Part shown: one piece after another, positions 18,021-25,649 of the stretch
Layout: each line of letters opens with the position of its first letter
Position numbering within the stretch: the first letter of the stretch is position 1
NCBI GenBank assembly: GCA_964392085.1
Contig: CAYMOV010000002.1
Span: forward strand, 27,314 to 91,313
Reading direction: 5' to 3'
Source of the DNA: an uncultured bacterium
GTDB lineage: Bacteria; Oederibacteriota; Muellerivitia; Muellerivitales; Muellerivitaceae
DNA: 64,000 nucleotides
Notes under the pieces: generated by a model
Databases searched by the model: none
Told to the model about the DNA's origin: nothing
Seen by the model: only the letters and a program-made list of their open reading frames with translations
Position numbers and translations under genes: made by a program

Positions 18021-19762
18021 ACAAACCGAACCTTCCGAAAGCCATGATGAGGGCGTTCCTTTTCCTGCTCGCAGTCGCCCTCCTCCAGTCCGGACGGCTA
18101 TCGGCGGCTGACCAGATCTCCCAGCCGGCACCCCCGGAGTCGGCCCCAGAGGCGGCGCCGGAGGCGCCGGCCGCCGCGCCGGCCGAGAAGGCGCCTCCCG
18201 CCGCGCGCCCCACGGCCCAACCCCAATTCACCCTGCCCGAAGTGGTCATCACCGGGGACAACCAGCTCACGATCGGGGCCCAGCGGTTGGATCTCCGGGA
18301 GGACGACGTGACCCTCGGTTCCAAGGACCTCCGCGGGCTCAACCGGGCCTCCGACGACCTGCCGGGGCTCGACCAGTCCAGGACCGGTGTTTCCGCCCTC
18401 TCGCCGGAACCCCCGCGCGATACGGTGGGTATCCTGCACCTGGGCGCGGGCCTCAAAAAAAGCCTGGAGGGTTGGGGCTTGTTCGGGCACCAAGACAAGG
18501 CATTCCAAATCCTGCTTAAGGGCTTCGGCGACCGGTACGGGGGAGAAGTCGCGGGGCCGGGCCGAACCGCCTCGGACAGCTTGGGATGGGGCGCCGTGCT
18601 CCAAGCGCAACCTACCGACCGGCTGAAGTTCCATTTCTCACGCCAATTCGAGCAGACCCACCATGACCTGCCTTGGCAGTCCGGCGGGGAAAACCGGAAA
18701 CCCGTGGATCTCGACGGAAGCGCGGCCTGGAGCTTCGCGTCCGACTGGACCCTGTCCTTGAAGGGCGCCGCTTCCGATACCCGTGTGGACGCGGCCGATC
18801 CCTTGATCCCTCCGGTCACTGCCCGGGAACGGCGGGGTAGCGCCCGGGTCGAATATGAGGGCCCGTCCTGGGCCGAATCCCTTTGGGCCGAGGGCGGGGT
18901 GAAGACCTCCCGGATCGACCTGGCCCCGCCGGTCCTGTCGGCCTACGACGACTCTTGGGCCAAAATCGGGACGCGCTTGCGGCCCTCGAACAAGCTGGGT
19001 CTTACTGCATCCTGGGGATTCACCCGGTTCGCGAAACTGGACTTGCCGGACCGGGGGGAACCCTCGGTGGAACTCGAGTTCCTGCCCCTGGAGGCGACCC
19101 GGGTCCGGATCCATTGGAAAAGCGCCCGCTCACTGCCTTCGTTCCGCGACCTTGAAGGGGAGGCCTTCACCACTTTGCCCGTCAACGGCCTTCCGGTCCC
19201 CGGATGGATCCGGGATGAAATCGGGGGGGATCTCACGCACCGCTGGGGGGACCGTTTGACGGCCACCCTCGGGGGGCGGGCCTGGTGGGAGGAGAACCGT
19301 TCCCAATGGGAGGAGTCCTCGCTCCTCGAGAACCGCCAGGTCCTGGAATCCTTGGGGCTGGTCCGGCTTTGGGAAGGGACCGCGGGCCTGGAGTGGACGC
19401 CGCTCCCTTCCCTCGTGGCCCGGGCCGACCTGCGGTACGGTGAGGCCCAAGACCGCTCCGGGACCGACCTGCGGGTCACCGGTTGGGCCAGGCAACAGGC
19501 CCAGTTCAGCGTCGGCCACAGTCGGCCGGGCGCGTCCACCCGCCTCTTCGTCATGGCGTCGGGACGCCGGGAGGGGGATTCCTCGAACCCGGTTCCCTTG
19601 TCACCTTACTGGACCTTGGGTTTGGAGACCCGGCGGGATTTGGGCGGTCACGTGACGCTTTGGGGCCGGGCGGACAACCTGACGGGCCAGCGGTACGAGA
19701 TCCGGCCGGGCTATCCCGAGCCGAGGTTCCTCGCGCGGGTCGGGTTGGAAGTTGTTTTTTAA
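18017..19762 (+). CDS. Outer-membrane beta-barrel protein (TonB-dependent-receptor-like or porin-like), C-terminal Phe
   Basis: Signal peptide MMRAFLFLLAVALLQSGRLSAA. Pro/Ala-rich linker. Alternating amphipathic beta-strand pattern. Ends ...RVGLEVVF, a typical OMP C-terminal signature. Confidence 0.6.
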   Translation: MNKPNLPKAMMRAFLFLLAVALLQSGRLSAADQISQPAPPESAPEAAPEAPAAAPAEKAPPAARPTAQPQFTLPEVVITGDNQLTIGAQRLDLREDDVTLGSKDLRGLNRASDDLPGLDQSRTGVSALSPEPPRDTVGILHLGAGLKKSLEGWGLFGHQDKAFQILLKGFGDRYGGEVAGPGRTASDSLGWGAVLQAQPTDRLKFHFSRQFEQTHHDLPWQSGGENRKPVDLDGSAAWSFASDWTLSLKGAASDTRVDAADPLIPPVTARERRGSARVEYEGPSWAESLWAEGGVKTSRIDLAPPVLSAYDDSWAKIGTRLRPSNKLGLTASWGFTRFAKLDLPDRGEPSVELEFLPLEATRVRIHWKSARSLPSFRDLEGEAFTTLPVNGLPVPGWIRDEIGGDLTHRWGDRLTATLGGRAWWEENRSQWEESSLLENRQVLESLGLVRLWEGTAGLEWTPLPSLVARADLRYGEAQDRSGTDLRVTGWARQQAQFSVGHSRPGASTRLFVMASGRREGDSSNPVPLSPYWTLGLETRRDLGGHVTLWGRADNLTGQRYEIRPGYPEPRFLARVGLEVVF

Positions 19763-19847
19763 AACCATTTAACACAGGGACCACCGAGTGCACAGGGACG
19801 GCGGTCGACTCTTAGATTGAAGAGCAAGCAACTTACGGAGGGGTTTC

Positions 19848-20462
19848 ATGACGCACGAATTCTCGCTGTTGCAGGTCATGCTCAAGGGGGGATGGGTCAT
19901 CGGTTTCCTCCTGATCCTCTCCGTCCTGGCATTGGCCATCCTGATCGACCGCTGGCGGGCTTTCGCCCGTTCGGGCCGGGACCGGGGGGAATTGATGAAG
20001 TCCGTGGAGCCATTCTGGAAAAAGAACCCCCAGGAGGCCGCGGCCTCCTGTGAGCGGGACGGCAGTGTCCCGGCCCTGGCCCTGGCGGCCGGGTTAAGGG
20101 CCAAGAAGGACGGCACCGGGGACCCGCGAGGCGCCATGGACCGCGAGGCCAAGGCCCGTTTGATGGACCTAGAGACCCGGTTGCCCCTGTTGGGAACCCT
20201 CGGGAACCTGGCCCCCTACATCGGCTTGTTCGGCACTGTCCTGGGGATCATCCGCGCCTTCCGTGACCTCTCCCTGGCCAACGCCGGGGGCGCCGCCGTG
20301 GTGAGCCAGGGGATCGCCGAGGCCCTGGTGGCCACCGCCTCGGGCCTTTTCGTGGCGGTCCTGGCCAGCGCGGGGTTCAATTACTTCCAATCCCGGCTGG
20401 ATGTCCTGGCCCGCGAGACCGAACTGGTGATCGACGAGGCCGCCGAAAAACTCCAGGACTGA
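19848..20462 (+). CDS. exbB: MotA/TolQ/ExbB proton-channel family protein
   Basis: Three TM segments and the conserved LGTLGNLAPYIGLFGTVLGII...AIAEALVATASGL block of TolQ/ExbB. RBS GGAGGGG upstream. Confidence 0.85.
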   Translation: MTHEFSLLQVMLKGGWVIGFLLILSVLALAILIDRWRAFARSGRDRGELMKSVEPFWKKNPQEAAASCERDGSVPALALAAGLRAKKDGTGDPRGAMDREAKARLMDLETRLPLLGTLGNLAPYIGLFGTVLGIIRAFRDLSLANAGGAAVVSQGIAEALVATASGLFVAVLASAGFNYFQSRLDVLARETELVIDEAAEKLQD

Positions 20463-20492
20463 CCTTTTCGCCGTGATTCCCCGGGAGGCAAG

Positions 20493-20978
20493 ATGGAAAA
20501 CCGATTGAGGCACAAGACCAAGCTCATCACCGACATCAACATGGTGCCCTTCACCGACGTGGTGCTGGTGCTGTTGGTGATCTTCATGGTGACCACCCCT
20601 TTCCTGTTCCAGGGCGACTTCCAGGTGAGCTTGCCCAAGGTGGCGGCCCCGAACCCCAATATCCCCGAGGCCCTGACGCTCACGGTCGCCCAGGGTGGCC
20701 GGTTGGCGTTGAACGGCCAGGAGATCAAGTTCGAGGAACTGGCCGAGAAGATCGGGGTTTTGATGAAGCAGAACCCCAACCAACAAGTGGTCATCGAGGC
20801 CGACAGCGGGGTGTCCCACGGGACCGTCATGGGCGTCATGGGGGAAGCCTACGCGGCCGGGGTGACGAAGATGGGCATCGCGGTGGAGCAAAGCCACGGA
20901 TCGGTCGTGGAGCAGAACCCAAGCCCCGCAGGGGCGCAGAATCCAGGCGCCGCCGTGGCGCCCGTCACGGCGAAGTAA
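20493..20978 (+). CDS. exbD: ExbD/TolR biopolymer transport protein
   Basis: INMVPFTDVVLVLLVIFMVTTPF TM motif with the conserved Asp, plus a periplasmic domain. 161 aa. Confidence 0.85.
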   Translation: MENRLRHKTKLITDINMVPFTDVVLVLLVIFMVTTPFLFQGDFQVSLPKVAAPNPNIPEALTLTVAQGGRLALNGQEIKFEELAEKIGVLMKQNPNQQVVIEADSGVSHGTVMGVMGEAYAAGVTKMGIAVEQSHGSVVEQNPSPAGAQNPGAAVAPVTAK

Positions 20979-21021
20979 AGGGTAGCTGATCCGGGAACTT
21001 AAACCGGGAAAGGAGGCGGCC

Positions 21022-21795
21022 ATGGACAAGAACTTCGGACAGTCGTTCCTCATCTCGCTCGGCGTCCACCTGGCCCTGTTCCTGGTCCTTTTCGGGGTCC
21101 TGGGGACCTTCCTCGTGGCCCGGACGCCTGCCTTCATGGAACTCACCCTCATCGGCATCAGTTCCCGCGGCGACGGGCCCGGCGCCCAACAGACCCTGCG
21201 GGGCGAGACCTCCGTTTCGCCGGAGGCCGCCGACCCCGGAAAAGGGGACACCTTCTCAAGCCCCAAGGTGAAGTCCGACCTGAAACAGCAGGCCGCTCCG
21301 AAGGCAGGGGACCTCGCGGTCAAGCGGCCTACGCCCTCAACCGCCCAGACCAGCAAGTCCGACCAATCGGCCTACCTCCAGGCCCTTCACCAATCGGCGC
21401 CCATCGGGATTTCCCCGAAGCGGGCCGTGCCCGACAGCATCAAGACCACCGCGGGGCTGGGCTATGGAGGCGTGACGGGCACCCCCAACGGCCGGGTGGA
21501 CATTGAGGGCGAACTGGCGGCCCGGGGCATCCAACGGAAGGTCGTGCCCGCCTACCCCGATTGGGCCAAGAAGCAGGGCGTCGAGGGGACCATCCAATAC
21601 CGGGTCACGGTGCTCCCGAACGGGTACCTGCGCGACGACGTCCAATTGGAGCAGACCAGCGGGTGGCGTGAACTGGACCGACAGGCTTATGAGGCCCTGC
21701 TCCAATGGGAGTTTGACCCCCTGCCCTCCGCCATGCCCCAGGTCAACCAATCGGGGTTGGTGACCTTCAACTTCAGCTTCAAGAACCAACCGTGA
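21022..21795 (+). CDS. tonB: TonB/TolA-like energy transducer (N-terminal TM anchor, Pro/Ser-rich linker, TonB C-terminal domain)
   Basis: N-terminal TM LISLGVHLALFLVLF. C-terminal domain with PAYPDWAKKQGVEGTIQYRVTVLPNG...V, typical of the TonB_C fold. Confidence 0.7.
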   Translation: MDKNFGQSFLISLGVHLALFLVLFGVLGTFLVARTPAFMELTLIGISSRGDGPGAQQTLRGETSVSPEAADPGKGDTFSSPKVKSDLKQQAAPKAGDLAVKRPTPSTAQTSKSDQSAYLQALHQSAPIGISPKRAVPDSIKTTAGLGYGGVTGTPNGRVDIEGELAARGIQRKVVPAYPDWAKKQGVEGTIQYRVTVLPNGYLRDDVQLEQTSGWRELDRQAYEALLQWEFDPLPSAMPQVNQSGLVTFNFSFKNQP

Positions 21796-23894
21796 GAGCC
21801 CGCGGGTTCTTGGCCTTGTCGTTCCTGGCGGCCTGGGCCCTGGGCCTCCAATTGGTCGCCCCGGGCCTCATGGCGGGGGATTCCCCCGAATTGGCGGCCT
21901 CGGCCTACGGTTGGGGAATCTCCCACCCTCCCGGTTATCCCCTTTGGACCCTGTTGGCCCACCTCGCCGGTTCCATCCCCTTGGGATGCCCCGCCTTCCG
22001 GACGAACCTCGTCTCCCTTTTCCCGACCGCCCTCGCGACTGCGGCCTTGGGGTTCCTCCTGGCCCGCCGGACCGGTGGGGGCGCCCTCGGGGAATGGGTG
22101 GGTTACGGGACGGCTTTTTTCATCGGGACGGGTCCCTTGTTCCTGGACCAAGCCACCGGCACCGAAGTCTACGGTCTCCATGGGTTGATCCTGACGGGCC
22201 TCCTGGCCCTCACCCTGGAAATTTCCTCCGAGCGTTTTTACGCCGTGATGTTCCTCGTGGGGCTCGGCGTGGCCCACCACCACCTACTGCTCCTCTTCCT
22301 GCCGGCGATCGGTTGGGCCTACCGGGATTTCCTGCGAAGACCCTCCTTCCTCCTGAGGGGGATGTCGCTCGTAGGTTTGGGCCTCTCGCTTTATTTGCTC
22401 CTGCCCATCCGGGCGTTGGCCCATCCGGCGGCGGATTGGAGCCGTCCCGATACCTGGACCCAATTTTGGAGCCACGTGAGCCGAAACCAATACGGCGGGG
22501 ATCTCCAAAGCGGGGCCTTCCTCCACGCCCTTTGGAACGCTTTGTTTTTTTGGAAGGACATCCTACGGGACGGTTGGTTCTTGGCGGGGATCCTCGCGTC
22601 CTGGGGGATCTGGACCCGGCGGAAAGCCTGGAGGGGTGAAATCCCGATCGCCTTAGGCCTGGCGGGTTTGGGCCTGGGCCTGCCGTTGCTCCTTCGGGTA
22701 CATCCCGATCCCCAAAACAACTCGGTCATGGAGGCCTTTTTCCCCCCGATGATGATCTGGGGATCCCCTTGGGTGGCGGTAGGGCTCCAGGGGCTATCCG
22801 CGCGGATGTCACGACCCTGGGTCCGGACGGTCGGGGCCCTCCTGCTCACCGGATTATTGGCCGCGCGGGTTGGCTCCGCCCTTTTTGTCTCGAGCCAATC
22901 CCGAAACCTCGCCTGCGAGGACATGGGCCGCAACTTCCTCTTGAACCTGCCCCGGGGCGCGGCTCTCTACAGCGAGGGTGATACGGCCACGTTTCCATTG
23001 GCTTACCTAAAGCAGGTAATGGGTCTCCGGCCCGACGCCGAGGTTTTCGACCGGACCGGTGGGCTGTTCGGCGATTTTTACGGCTTGCTCGATGTCGGGG
23101 GGACTGGGTCGGAGGATCCGACGGTTATGGTCCGAAAGGAACGGGGCCGCGAGTCTTCCCATCCAAGCCAATCCATCTTTTACAGCGAGAAGGAGACTGC
23201 TCCCGGCAGGACCCTGGCCCCAGCCGGGTTCCTCTTCCAGGCGACTGACTCGGGCGCGCCCTCCTGGGACGAGTCCAAGTTTTGGCCGAGGGCCCGGGAG
23301 CCCCGGGCGGGTTTGGCCCAGGACTTCCTCAGCCGGGAAACCGGCGCCCGGTTCTACGTCTTCCGCGCCCTGGCGGGGCTCCGGGGCAAAGCCCCCCTGG
23401 GGAAGATCCGGGACGACTTCGCCGGGACGGCGCGTTTGGCCTGGGACAATACCCGTGTCCTGAATAACGTGGGGATGGAAACCCTCAGGGCGGGATGGGT
23501 GGACGGGAGCCTTCCGTATTTTGAAGGCGCCGTGGAGCAGGATCCGGACTTCACCCTGGGCTGGTACAACCAGGGAATCGTCGCGCGGCAACAGGGTCGG
23601 ACCCGGGACGCGGTCCAGTTCTTCCAAAGGGCGCTCCAGGCGGACCCGGCCTACAGCCCGGCGCGGGACAGTTGGGCGATCCTCCTCTACAACAACGGCC
23701 ATCCCCCGGAGGCCGTGGACCAATGGCAGAGGCTCCTGGAACTCGATCCGTCCTACGCCCCGGGGTACCGGAACCTGGGTTTCGCACTCGCCACCCAGGA
23801 CGTGACGATGTCCAAACAACTCCTGGCCCGGTACCTCCAAATAAACCCGGGTGCCCCTGAACGGGCCCAGGTCGAGGCTTTGTTGAACCATTGA
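21792..23894 (+). CDS. Polytopic membrane protein of the DUF2723/TMEM260-like (GT-C-fold-like) family with C-terminal TPR repeats
   Basis: N-terminal motif AGDSPELAASAYGWGISHPPGYPLWTLL matches the D-x-GE-(L/F)-x-x-A-x-x-LG-x-x-HPPG-YPL signature of DUF2723. 8-10 predicted TM helices, then TPR-like repeats (WYNQGIVARQQGR..., AYSPARDSWAILLYNNGH...). Start overlaps the tonB stop. Confidence 0.55.
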   Translation: MRARGFLALSFLAAWALGLQLVAPGLMAGDSPELAASAYGWGISHPPGYPLWTLLAHLAGSIPLGCPAFRTNLVSLFPTALATAALGFLLARRTGGGALGEWVGYGTAFFIGTGPLFLDQATGTEVYGLHGLILTGLLALTLEISSERFYAVMFLVGLGVAHHHLLLLFLPAIGWAYRDFLRRPSFLLRGMSLVGLGLSLYLLLPIRALAHPAADWSRPDTWTQFWSHVSRNQYGGDLQSGAFLHALWNALFFWKDILRDGWFLAGILASWGIWTRRKAWRGEIPIALGLAGLGLGLPLLLRVHPDPQNNSVMEAFFPPMMIWGSPWVAVGLQGLSARMSRPWVRTVGALLLTGLLAARVGSALFVSSQSRNLACEDMGRNFLLNLPRGAALYSEGDTATFPLAYLKQVMGLRPDAEVFDRTGGLFGDFYGLLDVGGTGSEDPTVMVRKERGRESSHPSQSIFYSEKETAPGRTLAPAGFLFQATDSGAPSWDESKFWPRAREPRAGLAQDFLSRETGARFYVFRALAGLRGKAPLGKIRDDFAGTARLAWDNTRVLNNVGMETLRAGWVDGSLPYFEGAVEQDPDFTLGWYNQGIVARQQGRTRDAVQFFQRALQADPAYSPARDSWAILLYNNGHPPEAVDQWQRLLELDPSYAPGYRNLGFALATQDVTMSKQLLARYLQINPGAPERAQVEALLNH

Positions 23895-23983
23895 ACGGTT
23901 CGAACGATCCCTCAGGACAGGGTCCCCAACCCAAGTCGGCTGGGTTAAACTACACATCAGCTTGAACAAGGCGGGATGCGGCC

Positions 23984-24922
23984 ATGGCGAGATTGGCGGG
24001 GGTATTCGCGAACGAGGGCGCCCAAAACGTGGGCATGGGCAAGGAATTCTACGACAAGTCCCTGACCGCCCGGAAATACTTCGATGACGCCGAGAAGATC
24101 CTGGAACTGAAGGTCGCCAAGCTTTGCTTCCTCGGCCCCAAGGAGGAGCAGGACCTCACCCCGAACGCCCATTACGCCACGTTTGTCTGCGGCGTGGCGG
24201 CCTGGGAACTCCTGGTGGCCAACAAACGGCGCGCCGAGGTGGTGACGGGGGCCGGGGTTGGCGAGATCGCCGCCCTGACGGCCGCCGAATGCCTGCCCTA
24301 CGGGGCCGCCTTGAATTTCATCTACAAACGCGCCCAATGGATCGACGCGAAGGTGGGCCCGGACAAGGGCCGGTCGCTCATGGTCCAGGGGATCCCCACG
24401 GAGAGGCTGTCGGGGGCCCTCTCCCGGGAGGAAGGTGAGCTCCACCTGACCCACCGGTTGGCCCCTGACGTCCAGGTGGTGTGGGGCCCGCGGGAGGCGG
24501 CGGAATCCCTCGAGCTGGAATTGCAAGGCGCACCCGGCGTGAAGGTTACGTCCGCCACCACCCGGGGGCCGCTCCACACGCCCTTGGCGGCCGCCTGGGA
24601 AGCCGACCTGGAGGCCCTCCTGACGGCCTGCCTGGCGGGCGCCCCCCTCAAGAACCCGAAGGCCACCGTCCACCGGGTCTCCGACGGGGAATACGTGGGG
24701 ACCCCCGAGGGTATCCGGGACATCCTGATCCGGCAGTATTCAAGACCGGTGGACTGGACCCAAACGGTGTCCGTCCTGACGGGCCGGGGGTACCGGACTT
24801 TCGTGGAGATGGGACCGGGGAAGGTCTACACCACCCTCGTCAAACGCATCGACAGCAACACCCGGGTGGCCAACGTGGAGGACGTGAAGTCGCTATCGGT
24901 GGCCCTGAAGGTGACTTCCTGA
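23984..24922 (+). CDS. FabD-like (malonyl-CoA:ACP transacylase fold) protein with degenerate active site
   Basis: Collinear with FabD: GVFANEGAQNVGM vs FVFPGQGSQTVGM, GAGVGEIAAL vs GHSLGEYSAL (nucleophilic Ser replaced by Gly), VEMGPGKVYTTLVKRI vs YEVGPGKVLTGLTKRI. No fab or acp neighbours. Confidence 0.6.
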   Translation: MARLAGVFANEGAQNVGMGKEFYDKSLTARKYFDDAEKILELKVAKLCFLGPKEEQDLTPNAHYATFVCGVAAWELLVANKRRAEVVTGAGVGEIAALTAAECLPYGAALNFIYKRAQWIDAKVGPDKGRSLMVQGIPTERLSGALSREEGELHLTHRLAPDVQVVWGPREAAESLELELQGAPGVKVTSATTRGPLHTPLAAAWEADLEALLTACLAGAPLKNPKATVHRVSDGEYVGTPEGIRDILIRQYSRPVDWTQTVSVLTGRGYRTFVEMGPGKVYTTLVKRIDSNTRVANVEDVKSLSVALKVTS

Positions 24923-24929
24923 GGACCGA

Positions 24930-25574
24930 ATGAAATTGCCCGTCCAAACCAGTTATTCCCGAGCCGGTCAATCCTCGTTTGGGACCCGGCGCCTTCGTCT
25001 CCTGGCCTTGGCCTTTGGGATCCTCGGGGTGTTCGGTTACGGCCCGGTCCCGGATCGGACCGCCGTTCCCGAGCCGCCGCCCCCCCCGACGGCGACTTCG
25101 ACCGACAGCCCCGCCTCGACCCCCACGGGGACCCTCACGCCGCCCCCCAGTCCCACCCCCACGGGTTCCCCGACGGCCACGCCCGTGATCGTATTGCCGG
25201 TTTACCTGGAACCGACCGAAACGGCGACGCCGGTGGTGCCGGTCCCCACCCAAGAGTTGGACGACGTGGGGCCTGTCCCGACGCTGCCCGAACTGTCGGT
25301 CTTCCCGAATCCCGCCCAGGATAAGAACGTTTATTTCCGCTTCAGGTCCCCGGAGGATTGGAAGGTGGTGGTGCGTATCTTCGATTCCTACGGCGACGAG
25401 GCGGCCCGCCTCGATCAGGAAGGCAAGGACACCTTCGACCTCCCATGGGCCTTGGGCAAGATCGAGTCGGGCATCTATTACTACCGGATCACCGCGGAGC
25501 ACTTGGCGTCCGGACGGATCCTGCGGTACCCCGTGGGCCGGTTCGTCGTGGACCGCATCAAGACCCGCAAATAG
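24930..25574 (+). CDS. Small secreted protein with Pro/Thr-rich linker and a Por/T9SS-type C-terminal beta-sandwich (FlgD-Ig-like) domain
   Basis: Signal peptide RRLRLLALAFGILGV. PPPPPTATSTDSPASTPTGTLTPPPSPTPTGSPTATP linker. C-terminal LSVFPNPAQDKNVYFRF...GIYYYRI resembles the T9SS sorting-domain consensus. Confidence 0.5.
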   Translation: MKLPVQTSYSRAGQSSFGTRRLRLLALAFGILGVFGYGPVPDRTAVPEPPPPPTATSTDSPASTPTGTLTPPPSPTPTGSPTATPVIVLPVYLEPTETATPVVPVPTQELDDVGPVPTLPELSVFPNPAQDKNVYFRFRSPEDWKVVVRIFDSYGDEAARLDQEGKDTFDLPWALGKIESGIYYYRITAEHLASGRILRYPVGRFVVDRIKTRK

Positions 25575-25649
25575 GGACGCCGGGACCGGGAAGGACTTTC
25601 CGTCGCTCGGGACCTGTTTTTCCCTTATGATGATCGGGGTTCTCCAAAC

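Noticed and set aside
15807-18131. 774-aa minus-strand ORF antisense to the TPR gene
   Set aside because: Shadow ORF. The translation is Gly/Arg/Val-rich junk overlapping a gene with a clear TPR periodicity.
25561-25625. Possible terminator after the T9SS-CTD-like gene
   Set aside because: The GGGACC-containing repeats are direct rather than inverted, and only a short T-run is present. This is too weak to call.
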